64,000 nucleotides of DNA from Gammaproteobacteria bacterium (GCA_050123335.1 JASFHH010000002.1:9519-73518), one strand, 5' to 3'. Counted from the first letter of the stretch, positions 39,749 through 49,848 are shown. Notes: generated from the letters alone by a model not told the origin. Numbers and translations: made by a program.

Positions 39749-42640
39749 ATGAATTATTTGCGTAGCTTAATCAAACTTTGTCATTTATTAATTTTAAGAT
39801 CATACGCTGATATTGATATAAATTCTACAAACAAGTTTTGGTTGGTTCGATCAGGTGCCATAGATGTTTTTTTTATTCAGAAGAATGATCAAGATGAAAT
39901 AATATCAAGAAGGCACATTTTTCGCGCAAATTCTGGCGATGTAATTTTTAGTGGGACATTACAAACAGACAAATCAAATGTTTCATTAGTTGCTGCAGGA
40001 TTACCTGGAAGTAAGATTTGGGAATGTGATGTTGATGCTGTGCTGGAATTGGCGATTCATTATGATCAACAACATAAACTGGTTAAAATAATAAATCGGT
40101 GGTTAACAAAATTATTCGCTGGTGTTGAAAAAGAAAAAGAGCGGGGTGATTGTCAGATCATAGAAAAAAAACAAGGGAAATTAATGCCAGGAGCATATAT
40201 TTCTGCTGATAAAAAAGCTCCTGTTTGGTTACAACTTGATATAACGAATATTACTATTAAAGGGCTGAAAGTTGAAACAGATTCTTTGATACCGCTTGTA
40301 AATACTAATTGGATAGAAATAGAACAAGATTGTAATTTTACAACTTATACTACTCAAGAATTAATTTCACAAAATAAATTTAAAGTGATATTACAGAATT
40401 TTTATGGGTTATTGCTTGATAGTTTAACGCAAGAGAACAAAGAGAAAGAAAAAAATGATTTGGATATTTTGCACCAACAAGTATTTTTTAAAAAAACTAA
40501 TTTTTTACGATCTCTTGGTATACTAAAAAATGTTTTGTCATTTAGAGCAAAAGATAGAATGTTTATTGTTGATCAAGAATCTTCATTATATGCTGCTTGT
40601 TGTGTTGTGGCAAAATCACAGGGCATTGAGGTTATTAGGAATGAATTATATCAAAAACAAAAATCATCTGGTACGGTTGATGAGATTGGTAGGTTGTCTA
40701 ATTTTCCGGTGCGAAAGGTTAATTTAACTCCAGGATGGTCTAAAAAAGATATTGGTTCTTTGTTGGTGTTTGATAAGTTGGGACATCCGCTGGCTCTATT
40801 GCAATCATCTGCCACCAGTTATGAATTATATGACCCGGTTACTGGGTTGTCCCGCGTAGTTACAGCTGAAGTTGAGGAAGCTATTGATCAAACAGCATTT
40901 GTTTTTTATCAGCCATTGCCTTCAGAACAAATTGATGGAAAAAAAATATTGCGTTTTGGTTTCGCTGGTTTGGGTAAGAGTTTTATTTCTATTGCATTAT
41001 TGGGAATAGGTGGTGGCCTGATAAGTTTATTAACACCTTTAGCTACTCAGGTTGTTTTTGATAGCATTATTCCTTCCGCAACTTATAGTTGGCTAATTCA
41101 TCTTGGTATTATATTGTGTTTTGCAGTGTTAAATATCGCTGTCTTTAATTTTGTAAACAATCTTTCTTTGTTAAGAATAGAGGGGAAATTTAATGTAAAA
41201 ACTCAAACCGCATTATGGTATAGGCTTTTAAATTTACCTGTAAATTTCTGTCGTAAATTTACCGCTGGTAATTTAACAACAAGAGTTATGGCTATAAATT
41301 CAATACGGCAACAGCTTTCTGGTGTTAGTTCGAATATTATTATAGGAGCAATTTTTTCAAGCTTAAATTTTTTGTTATTGTTCTACTATAGTTCTTCTAT
41401 GGCTTTAATTGCCTTGTTAATCTCAGTTGTGTTAGTAATTTTTCAGATTGTTTTGGGATACGTATTATATAAATATAATTTTGTTATACAATCTATAGAG
41501 GGAAAAATTTTTGGTATTTTAAATCAATTTATTGGTGGCATTATAAAATTGCGCTTAACTAATACTGAAGATAAAGCTTTTGCTATATGGTCGGATAAAT
41601 TTAGTAATCAGCAGCGATTGTTTGGTTTATCTTTGTTGCTTAATAATTTTTTAAATACAATTTACGCAATTTTTCCTTTGTTAGCTGCGATAACGATTTT
41701 TTCCTGGTTTTTTTTCTTCAGTTATAAGCAATTAACTACTGGTGAATTTTTAGCTTTTAATGTTGCTTTTTTGAGTTTTCAGAACGCTATTCTGCGGGTT
41801 GGTTTGGTTCTTCCTGTTATTATTTCTGCTATACCTCTATTTAAACGTACCAAACCGATATTAGATAGTTTACCAGAGATTAATGCTAGCAGACATTTTC
41901 CAGGAAGTTTACGTGGGTCAATTGAAGTGAGAAACGTTAGTTTTCGTTATAATGCGAATGGACCTGATGCGTTGACAGATATTTCACTGACTATTCAACC
42001 TAAAGAATTTGTTGCGATTGTGGGAGAATCAGGCAGTGGTAAGTCAACTTTGTTAAGATTGTTGTTGGGGTTTGAGCGACCCAATTTAGGAGATATATAT
42101 TACGATAACAAAGAATTGGCGACTTTGAATTGTCGTGAGGTACGTCGCCAAATAGGAGTAGTATTACAGAATGGTCAATTAATGGCAGGAACTATCTTTG
42201 ATAATATTGCTGGGGCTGCAAATATTACTTTAGACGATGCAAAAGAGGCTATAAGTCTTGCAGGTCTTAAGGAAGATATTGAGCAAATGCCGATGGGCAT
42301 GCATACTTTTGTGGGGGTGGGAGGATCGTCTCTTTCTGCAGGTCAGCGGCAACGCTTATTGATTGCGCAAGCTTTAGCAAAAAAACCAAAAATTCTTATG
42401 TTTGACGAAGCTACCAGTGCTTTGGATAATAAAACTCAGGCGCAAATACATTCCACTTTAAAAGGTCTTGATGTAACCAGGATGGTTATTGCGCATCGTT
42501 TAAGTACTATTATTGATGCAGATCGTATTTACGTTTTGCATCAAGGCAGAATTGTTCAAGTTGGAACTTATCAGCAATTATCTCAAGCGGAAGGTTTTTT
42601 TAAAAAACTTATTACAAAACAACTTCTGCAAAACAACTGA
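39749..42640 (+). CDS. second ABC transporter (permease+ATPase) with a ~330-aa N-terminal extension (possible cNMP-binding-like domain)
   Basis: Walker A GESGSGKST; signature LSAGQRQ; Walker B LMFDEATSALD. TM domain. 963 aa. Paired with the C39 transporter, as in NHLM/prochlorosin-type export systems. Confidence 0.8.
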   Translation: MNYLRSLIKLCHLLILRSYADIDINSTNKFWLVRSGAIDVFFIQKNDQDEIISRRHIFRANSGDVIFSGTLQTDKSNVSLVAAGLPGSKIWECDVDAVLELAIHYDQQHKLVKIINRWLTKLFAGVEKEKERGDCQIIEKKQGKLMPGAYISADKKAPVWLQLDITNITIKGLKVETDSLIPLVNTNWIEIEQDCNFTTYTTQELISQNKFKVILQNFYGLLLDSLTQENKEKEKNDLDILHQQVFFKKTNFLRSLGILKNVLSFRAKDRMFIVDQESSLYAACCVVAKSQGIEVIRNELYQKQKSSGTVDEIGRLSNFPVRKVNLTPGWSKKDIGSLLVFDKLGHPLALLQSSATSYELYDPVTGLSRVVTAEVEEAIDQTAFVFYQPLPSEQIDGKKILRFGFAGLGKSFISIALLGIGGGLISLLTPLATQVVFDSIIPSATYSWLIHLGIILCFAVLNIAVFNFVNNLSLLRIEGKFNVKTQTALWYRLLNLPVNFCRKFTAGNLTTRVMAINSIRQQLSGVSSNIIIGAIFSSLNFLLLFYYSSSMALIALLISVVLVIFQIVLGYVLYKYNFVIQSIEGKIFGILNQFIGGIIKLRLTNTEDKAFAIWSDKFSNQQRLFGLSLLLNNFLNTIYAIFPLLAAITIFSWFFFFSYKQLTTGEFLAFNVAFLSFQNAILRVGLVLPVIISAIPLFKRTKPILDSLPEINASRHFPGSLRGSIEVRNVSFRYNANGPDALTDISLTIQPKEFVAIVGESGSGKSTLLRLLLGFERPNLGDIYYDNKELATLNCREVRRQIGVVLQNGQLMAGTIFDNIAGAANITLDDAKEAISLAGLKEDIEQMPMGMHTFVGVGGSSLSAGQRQRLLIAQALAKKPKILMFDEATSALDNKTQAQIHSTLKGLDVTRMVIAHRLSTIIDADRIYVLHQGRIVQVGTYQQLSQAEGFFKKLITKQLLQNN

Positions 42641-42691
42641 AATTGTATTAAATTTGTCCGCAGAAGTTATCTTGTAAAAAATTAAGTTATA

Positions 42692-43003
42692 CTAGCATCC
42701 ATAGCATGTCAAAGTGAATTGAAGGTTACCAGCGGCAAGCATAGCTAATTCCTCATCACTTAATTTTTCAACCTTTGCTCGTTTTTCAGTAGGGATATGT
42801 GGAAGAACTATGGTTATTTCATCTTTTTTTTCATCGATTACATTGATTCTCATGTTTTGTAAATGTTCTAATTTATCCTTATCGAGGGTTTCTTTTGCTA
42901 TAGCTAATATAGCTTCTTTTGGATTGTTATGTAATTGTTTTTTAAATTCTGGGTCACGTAAACATTTGATGATTATTTTATCTTTAAGGTTTATATTGGT
43001 CAT
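42692..43003 (-). CDS. lanthipeptide precursor with NHLP (nitrile-hydratase-leader-peptide) type leader; predicted core NLQFTLTCYGC
   Basis: The leader (...LSDEELAMLAAG) is ~70% identical to the neighbouring precursor, and the C-terminal core is short, Cys/Thr-containing and divergent. The start is taken at the ATG (MTNINL) preceded by GGAGG; the track ORF begins 5 codons earlier. Confidence 0.7.
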   Translation of the reverse strand: MTNINLKDKIIIKCLRDPEFKKQLHNNPKEAILAIAKETLDKDKLEHLQNMRINVIDEKKDEITIVLPHIPTEKRAKVEKLSDEELAMLAAGNLQFTLTCYGC

Positions 43004-43138
43004 GCTATCTTCCTCCATTAAATGATATTTAAGATGTCCAAATTAATAGTACCATTATTTCAATATAAAATGCAATTACTTAAACAAAAGCAAGGATAAT
43101 GATAAAATTTATTATAAAAATATTTTTTATAGTAGTAA

Positions 43139-43471
43139 CTAACAATTGCAGGTTTGCGTGATTGTTGAACATATACCGCAAGTGATTATTGTGTTTGCGC
43201 CTGCAATGACAGCTAATTCATCATCGCTTAATTTTTGAATTTTTGCTTGTTGTTCATCAGGAATGTACGGAAGAACTATTGTCATTTCATTTCGTTTTTC
43301 ATGGATTATGTTGAAGTTCATATTTTGTATACGTTCTAGTTCATTCTTGTCGAGTTCTGCTTTTGCTAAAGACAATATAGCTTTTTTGGGGTTTTCTTGT
43401 AATTGTTTGTTGAATTCTGGATCACGGATGCTTTTGATGATGATTTGTTCTCTAAGATTTATATCAGACAT
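43139..43471 (-). CDS. lanthipeptide precursor with NHLP type leader; predicted core NTIITCGICSTITQTCNC
   Basis: The leader ends ...LSDDELAVIAGA. The 18-aa core has 4 Cys and 7 Ser/Thr. The start is taken at the ATG (MSDINL) preceded by GGAGG. Confidence 0.7.
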   Translation of the reverse strand: MSDINLREQIIIKSIRDPEFNKQLQENPKKAILSLAKAELDKNELERIQNMNFNIIHEKRNEMTIVLPYIPDEQQAKIQKLSDDELAVIAGANTIITCGICSTITQTCNC

Positions 43472-43540
43472 ATTGTTTTCCTCCATACAGTTTTATAAAA
43501 ACACCTATTAATAATACCACTTATCTAATGGGATACGCAA

Positions 43541-46500
43541 TTACTCAAATAGAAGTATTGAAGGTAAGTTATCAGGAGAAGTCATTCGTAGAAGTTCATA
43601 TCCTACCCCGGTAATGCCTCTAAATAATCCCAGTATTGGAGTATCGGTTGGAAAATTATGGATAAAGCTGAAACCGCCTTTATGTTTTGCTTTGGTTATT
43701 ATGGATAGAGCATAACGCGTGGCTTCATTATGTAAGTCATCTATTCCTAATCTATGTGTGGCTTCAGAAATGAAATTAATACGGCCAAAATTACCACAGC
43801 ATAAGTGATCTAAGATGCGATTATTATGTTGCAAAGTTGCATTTAGTGCGTGGTCGATATCTTTTCTAATGCTTATTGTGTCATAGATAGGCAACCCTCC
43901 CAAACGACCCAAGCCGATACCTACAGCGCCATGGCACCAGGCATTTTGGTATTGTGGGGTTTTGCATGATGTTCTTAAGTCAGGCCAGTTATTTGCGTCA
44001 TGATGAAATATACTGGTTTCGTACATGATTCCTTCTTTGGCTGCTTGTAGATATTCATTTTTTTGCGTTGCCTCAAATAATTTTAATAATGCATAAGCAA
44101 TACCAGCCGCGCCATGTCCAAATCCAGCCAATGGTCTGTGGCTATTTATAGTGATCCATGTTTTATGTCCGTTTTTGGTAATTTTATTTTTTAGTAAATG
44201 TTCACCACACGCAATTGCTTTTTGTAAAAATTTTTGTTCACTCGTTATTTTGTATAAATTTAACAAGCTAAGAATAGCTCCAGCTGAACCAGCTATAATA
44301 TCCAAAATTTGATCTTTGTTGATTAAATCATCATTAATCAACGATGCAACTATTTTTGCATCTTCTAATAAACTTGGTTCTTTGATTAAATTATTTATAC
44401 AGACTAACGCATATATAATGGAGCCTAATCCTGTTGTTCCGCCTATTCCCCAGGTTGATCCTAAAAATTTAAATTCATCTGTTTTTAAAAAAGTTCTTAA
44501 CGGTTGTAATCCGGCCAAAGCAAGTTTACGATAGTTATCATTGCAAAATATTTTACTTGCTGCAGCTAGAAATAAAGCAATGCCGGTTGCTCCATTATAA
44601 AGGTTGAAATCAGCTTGTTGTAAATAATAATCTTCTCTCATTGGGTCAAAATCAATTTGTAACCATGTAGCTGAATTATCGTGGTATATTGCATGCATGG
44701 TAATAATTTCGGTAATTTTAAGTACTTCATTTTTGATGATATCAGAAGCTTTTTTGGTGCCAAATATTTTTGGTAAGCTGGAAGATTTTTTTGGTTGCTG
44801 TGTGCTTAACTCTTTAGCATATCGTGCACACAGAGAATATTTAATAAGCTTTGATTGAAAATCGAGATCTTCTTTAGACAAATGTTGGATTTTATTTGTT
44901 ACATTGTTGTAACCAAGGCGCGTAAAAAAATCTGGTTTTTTATTGCTGGTGCTAAAAGTAAATTTAGGAATATCTAAAATATCCATCGCTTTATGCTCAG
45001 GCAAAATTAATTGCCAAACAAGAGGTTTTTTGTTGTTATACAATAATGGTTTAGTTAATATGTCTAAAGCGATATTTCGTTTAATCCCATTTTGCAAAAA
45101 TTCTGCTTGTTGGGAAAATTGTAATAATAAGGCATATATTTTGGTTGATCTGACCACCCAACGAATTTCCTGATTTAAAAATAGTTTAAATGGGCTGTTT
45201 GCGCTTAACAATAATTTTTTATTTTTTAAGAAGAAATCATACATCGTTGTAAAGCCATTTATTATTTGAGTAATGTAATTTTGTGGGGTTTGTATTTGCT
45301 TGGCTAATTTTGGAAAATTTGATTGTAAAACATGAGACTTATTTATCGTTATATATTTGTAAGACATGTCGTCACAGTTAATTCGTGTCCATCTATAGTT
45401 TTTAATGGTGGTATTAAATAATATGTCGCCAGCCAAACCGCTAACATCCAAGCCATATTTTTCAAAGTTATTATTACCAAAAGGTAATAAGCCTAAGCGT
45501 AATACTGATTTATCGACAATGGTTTGGGATGTTGAAGTTGACGAGGCATCAAATGGTTTTACAGTTGGTTGCAGCAAGGTTTCTAAATCAACAATTACCG
45601 GAAAACTGGCGTTTGCGATGATATTTTCAAAATGAAAATCTGTTCCTTCTAACAAATATAACACACAAATAAGTTTACCTACCCGGTTGTAATAATCTTT
45701 TATGCCTTTGGTGTTTTTACATTCCAAATATTCTACAAACTCAACCCATCCATAATCGCTTTTATTGATTATTTTAAGAGTTTTAAAAGATTGCATAAAT
45801 TTTTCTTGCTGGTTAATCCATTTTAAAAAGTCAAAATATGCAGCATCAATTCCCAGATTTCTTGGTTTATATACAACTTTGGTGCCGCAAGCGAATTCAA
45901 CAATGATAATTTTTTTTCCTTTGTTGTGAGCATCGGAAATGTCTGTTTTAATGTTTTTGATTTTGAAAGAGTTTTTATTTATTCCAAAAACTTTGATTAA
46001 TTCACGCTTATCTTTTTCGACACGCTGCAAAAATTCTTTTATATTATCTAACCAAAACGTTGTAGTTGTTCCGATTAGTTTTGCTAAAACCGCATAGTCT
46101 TCTAAAAAACTTGTCAATTGATTTGTTAACATTGTATTAACAAATTCATGGTATTGTTTATTCGTGCATTTTTTTTCTAAAAGTGAGGTAAAAGGATCTC
46201 GTGACCAGTTTATGTAACGAAAAACCAAAAATTCTTTATGCAAAGCAAAAACTGAAATAAAGCATAATTTATTAAGCAGCGATCGTATTAATTTGTGAGC
46301 AGCTCTTTTATGCAGCAATTTCATTTGTTCTGGAGCTTCTTTGTACAGCCTGTCTGAAGCAATTTGAACAAAAGGTAATAAAATGTCCTCAAAGGGCAGT
46401 GGTGATTTTTTTTTAATCCAGGGATATTTATATTTAGTATTTTCAGTTGCAAATAGTTCTGCGATTTGGACTCCATTTTGTAATAGTTTCATCCATGGGT

Positions 46501-46759
46501 GAATGTTGTCATTATACGTTTGCGATGTTGCAGTTGTTAATGCAGCGTTTACTTGTTTTAGACTAAAGCCATCCCAACTGAATCTTTTTATTAATGTATC
46601 CGGATCATTATTGGCAACGGTTTTTTGCCATTGTTGAAAGAACCTGTTTTTTGATAAATCATCATGTGTTTGTTTGGTATTATTACAATTCTCTATTTTA
46701 TCGTAGAAAGAACGGGATTTTGACGAGATTTTTTGCAATGTTTCGTTTGATAATTTCAT
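43541..46759 (-). CDS. lanM: class II lanthipeptide synthetase LanM (bifunctional dehydratase/cyclase)
   Basis: 1072 aa. The C-terminal LanC-like cyclase motifs are all present: GFGHGAAGIAYAL, NAWCHGAVGIGL, HLCCGNFG. A large N-terminal dehydratase domain precedes them. Lies adjacent to the precursors. Confidence 0.85.
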   Translation of the reverse strand: MKLSNETLQKISSKSRSFYDKIENCNNTKQTHDDLSKNRFFQQWQKTVANNDPDTLIKRFSWDGFSLKQVNAALTTATSQTYNDNIHPWMKLLQNGVQIAELFATENTKYKYPWIKKKSPLPFEDILLPFVQIASDRLYKEAPEQMKLLHKRAAHKLIRSLLNKLCFISVFALHKEFLVFRYINWSRDPFTSLLEKKCTNKQYHEFVNTMLTNQLTSFLEDYAVLAKLIGTTTTFWLDNIKEFLQRVEKDKRELIKVFGINKNSFKIKNIKTDISDAHNKGKKIIIVEFACGTKVVYKPRNLGIDAAYFDFLKWINQQEKFMQSFKTLKIINKSDYGWVEFVEYLECKNTKGIKDYYNRVGKLICVLYLLEGTDFHFENIIANASFPVIVDLETLLQPTVKPFDASSTSTSQTIVDKSVLRLGLLPFGNNNFEKYGLDVSGLAGDILFNTTIKNYRWTRINCDDMSYKYITINKSHVLQSNFPKLAKQIQTPQNYITQIINGFTTMYDFFLKNKKLLLSANSPFKLFLNQEIRWVVRSTKIYALLLQFSQQAEFLQNGIKRNIALDILTKPLLYNNKKPLVWQLILPEHKAMDILDIPKFTFSTSNKKPDFFTRLGYNNVTNKIQHLSKEDLDFQSKLIKYSLCARYAKELSTQQPKKSSSLPKIFGTKKASDIIKNEVLKITEIITMHAIYHDNSATWLQIDFDPMREDYYLQQADFNLYNGATGIALFLAAASKIFCNDNYRKLALAGLQPLRTFLKTDEFKFLGSTWGIGGTTGLGSIIYALVCINNLIKEPSLLEDAKIVASLINDDLINKDQILDIIAGSAGAILSLLNLYKITSEQKFLQKAIACGEHLLKNKITKNGHKTWITINSHRPLAGFGHGAAGIAYALLKLFEATQKNEYLQAAKEGIMYETSIFHHDANNWPDLRTSCKTPQYQNAWCHGAVGIGLGRLGGLPIYDTISIRKDIDHALNATLQHNNRILDHLCCGNFGRINFISEATHRLGIDDLHNEATRYALSIITKAKHKGGFSFIHNFPTDTPILGLFRGITGVGYELLRMTSPDNLPSILLFE

Positions 46760-46973
46760 TTTAAAATATTATAAGTTTAGATAATAAAATAGGCATAGTG
46801 TAACTAAATTATTTCAGAAGTAAAATATATTATTTTTTTGGTATATATTGCATATTGTATGATTTTTTGGATTATAGCAAACAAGGGTCAAATTTTATTC
46901 AAACCTTAATGTTGTTAAAGAGGGCAGCAAATGGTATCTTATATAATTTTATCTATTACGGAGGGAGAGAAAA

Positions 46974-47711
46974 ATGGACAATATAAAAGAACTATATTCA
47001 AAGTTTGATGGAAATTTTGCAGCAATTCCGTCGGATAAAAATCGTGGCAAACCAAAACCTGCAATACAAAAGCCTTATCCTGATAATGCACAGTTAATTG
47101 ATTTGCCACAAGATGATTTTGCCACTCACAATGTTTCTTTGTTTGATGCGATTAAAAATCGTAAAACTCATCGAAAATTTAGTGAAGCATCTTTAACTAT
47201 AAATGAATTATCATTTTTACTTTGGGCTACACAAGGTATTCGCAGCGAAAAAAATCCACAATACCGTAGTGTTGCTTCAGCTGGCGCGTGTCATCCTTTT
47301 GAAACTTATCTAGCAATTTATCATATTACGGATTTGTCAGCGGGTTTGTATCGATATTTGCCTATCGAACATAAGCTTTATTTTATTTCATCAGATGATG
47401 AAATCGTTAATAAAATTAAATTAGTTATTCCTAGCGAAAATCCAGTATACAAAGGCATCGATACAAGTGCAGTTACTTTTTTGTGGACAGCGTTGCCATA
47501 TCGTGCTATTTGGAAATATCCTGGTATGGTGGTGAAACTGATCGCACAAGACTCTGGTCATTTGTGCCAAAATTTATATTTAGCTGCGGAGGCAATTAAT
47601 TCTGGAGTTTGTGCTGTAGATGCCTATTTGCAGGATAAAGCAGATGGTTTTTTGCAAATAGATAGCAAGGAGGAGTTTGTGGTTTATATGTCGGTGGTTG
47701 GAAAGCTTTAG
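46974..47711 (+). CDS. SagB-type dehydrogenase / nitroreductase-family protein
   Basis: Nitroreductase fold signature (...RKTHRKF...LSFLLWATQGIR...ASAGACHPFETYL...). 245 aa. Divergent from lanM. Confidence 0.55.
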   Translation: MDNIKELYSKFDGNFAAIPSDKNRGKPKPAIQKPYPDNAQLIDLPQDDFATHNVSLFDAIKNRKTHRKFSEASLTINELSFLLWATQGIRSEKNPQYRSVASAGACHPFETYLAIYHITDLSAGLYRYLPIEHKLYFISSDDEIVNKIKLVIPSENPVYKGIDTSAVTFLWTALPYRAIWKYPGMVVKLIAQDSGHLCQNLYLAAEAINSGVCAVDAYLQDKADGFLQIDSKEEFVVYMSVVGKL

Positions 47712-47722
47712 GGTTTAATCAT

Positions 47723-48916
47723 ATGAAGGACAGTAGTAAAATTGATTACAAACTATTTTTTTTGGTGCTTTTGACATTTTTTACATTAGGTCAAGTGGCA
47801 TCTGATATTTATGTGCCGTCATTACCTGCTATTACGCTTTGGTTTCATTCTACAAGCGCAATGATTCAGTGGTCAGTGGCGACTTATATGTTGGGTTTTA
47901 GTTTGTCGCAATTATTTTATGGTCCTATTTCTGATTTTTATGGAAGACGAATTGTAATTTTTTGCGGCTTAACAATTAGTATAATAGGCACATTGTTTTG
48001 TGTGTTTTCTAACAATCCTTTAATGCTAATTATTGGTCGATTAATTCAAGGGCTGGGGATGGGGGTTACATCCGTTCTTGGTCGTGCAATATTGCGTGAT
48101 TGTTTCAGTGGAGAAGAGTTAGCTAGATTCGGTTCGTTCTTAGGAGTTGGTACAACATTAACTGTTGGTAGTGCGCCGATTATTGGTGGTTATTTTCAGT
48201 ATTATTTAAATTGGCAAAGTGTGTTCATTTTTTTATTTGTATATAGTCTTGCTATTTTTGTATTGGTTTATTTATATTTGCCGGAAACAAGCCCAGAGCA
48301 TAAAAATAAATTTAACTTATTGTTAGTGGGTAAAAATTATTGGTCGATTATTTCTAGTCGAATATTTTTAGGTTATACATTTTGTGCTTTATTTGCTTAT
48401 GCTGGTAGTTTGGCTTTTTTTGCGATGAGCCCCTTTTTATTGCAAGATAAAGTTGGTTTATCGGTAGTAGAATATGGTTGGTCAACAGCTATTATTACCG
48501 CTTCATTTTTAATTAGTGGCATGGTTAATGCAAAATTTGTTGTAAAATTTGGTATTAATCGTATGTTAAAAATTGGCTCAATGCTTGCGATTGTTGCTGG
48601 TGTTTTAATGTTGTTGCCTGTATTAATGAGTACGATTAATGCATTTGTGATTCTTTTGCCGGCTGCATTATTTGGAGTGGCAGCAATTATTTTACTATGT
48701 AACGCATTTCCTGGAGCTTTTACCCCCTTTAAAAATATTGCCGGAGCTGCTGGCGCAGTTTACGGTTGTTTGCAAATTGCTGGTGGATTTGTATCAACGT
48801 CACTTATTGCTACATTGCATTTTAAAGATCAAGAGCCGTTAGCTCTTATATATATTGCAGTAGGAGTATTTTCTTTTTTGGCTTTAACGCGGTTAGCATT
48901 AAAAAGAAATAATTAA
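47723..48916 (+). CDS. MFS transporter (Bcr/CflA-like drug efflux)
   Basis: 12 TM helices; MFS motif A-like GRRIVIFCGL. 397 aa. Confidence 0.8.
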   Translation: MKDSSKIDYKLFFLVLLTFFTLGQVASDIYVPSLPAITLWFHSTSAMIQWSVATYMLGFSLSQLFYGPISDFYGRRIVIFCGLTISIIGTLFCVFSNNPLMLIIGRLIQGLGMGVTSVLGRAILRDCFSGEELARFGSFLGVGTTLTVGSAPIIGGYFQYYLNWQSVFIFLFVYSLAIFVLVYLYLPETSPEHKNKFNLLLVGKNYWSIISSRIFLGYTFCALFAYAGSLAFFAMSPFLLQDKVGLSVVEYGWSTAIITASFLISGMVNAKFVVKFGINRMLKIGSMLAIVAGVLMLLPVLMSTINAFVILLPAALFGVAAIILLCNAFPGAFTPFKNIAGAAGAVYGCLQIAGGFVSTSLIATLHFKDQEPLALIYIAVGVFSFLALTRLALKRNN

Positions 48917-48947
48917 TGATTTAGTTGGCAGTAACTTGCTGTTCTAA

Positions 48948-49538
48948 TTATTGTATGCTTAAATGCGGTTTTGGTTTGTTAATTAATTTATCAATATTTA
49001 ACTGAGTTAGAACGTCAGTGCAGTCTTTTGGAGATATTGGTTTTTTGAGAAACTTATTGAATCCGGCTTTTAAGGCAGGTGTTTCATATTCAGGACAACT
49101 TGAAATGGCGATAGTTGGTGGGAGAGTCAAGTTTTCAGATTTATAATACTCTTTGACTTTTTTAACAAAATCAAATCCAGACTCATTTGATAATTCTATA
49201 TCCGAGATGATTAAATCAATATGATTTGAAGATTTGATATATCTCAATGCTTCAGCAATAGAGCCAACACATTCCGCACTTATGCCTGATTTTGTTAATT
49301 CTTGTGACAAAAAATACCGTTGCAATGGGCAATCATCGAGTATTAGAGTCAGTGTTTGGCCTTTTATAAAAGATTTTTCTGATGCAGTAGTAAAAAAATT
49401 ACTTTTGCAGTTGATCATTTCTTCCTCGCATTTGTTGCGAGAACATTGGCCAAAATTCCGTTTTTCTTTATTACTATAATTATTGAGGCTTTGTCCTCTG
49501 CTATATTCATAGAGATCATTTAAAAAATTCAAAAGCAC
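48948..49538 (-). CDS. response-regulator receiver (CheY-like) domain protein
   Basis: The receiver fold is in the C-terminal ~120 aa (LILDDC...IISDIELSNESGFDFVKKV...). The N-terminal extension is uncertain and the true start may be internal. Confidence 0.5.
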   Translation of the reverse strand: MLLNFLNDLYEYSRGQSLNNYSNKEKRNFGQCSRNKCEEEMINCKSNFFTTASEKSFIKGQTLTLILDDCPLQRYFLSQELTKSGISAECVGSIAEALRYIKSSNHIDLIISDIELSNESGFDFVKKVKEYYKSENLTLPPTIAISSCPEYETPALKAGFNKFLKKPISPKDCTDVLTQLNIDKLINKPKPHLSIQ

Positions 49539-49848
49539 AATTTACGCTTTTGTTAAGGTGTTGTCAATGTTAATTAAAAACAATATTTGTTGGTGAAAAT
49601 TACAAGTTTGAGAAGTATAGAAATTAGATGAAAGCAATGGCTTGTTTATGTGTTTGGCAGATTTGTTCATAATTAGAGCAATGCAATCGTCTCAGTTCAA
49701 GTTTTGATCAGAGGTAAGAGCAAATCCTTGTGGTTGGCATCATGGTGTATTCTTACATGTCTTTTGTGAGTTAATAGTTGTTTTTATGTTATTTGCATAA
49801 TAATTGTGCTAGCATAAAATTTAATATGGCAATAAAAGGAATTGATTT

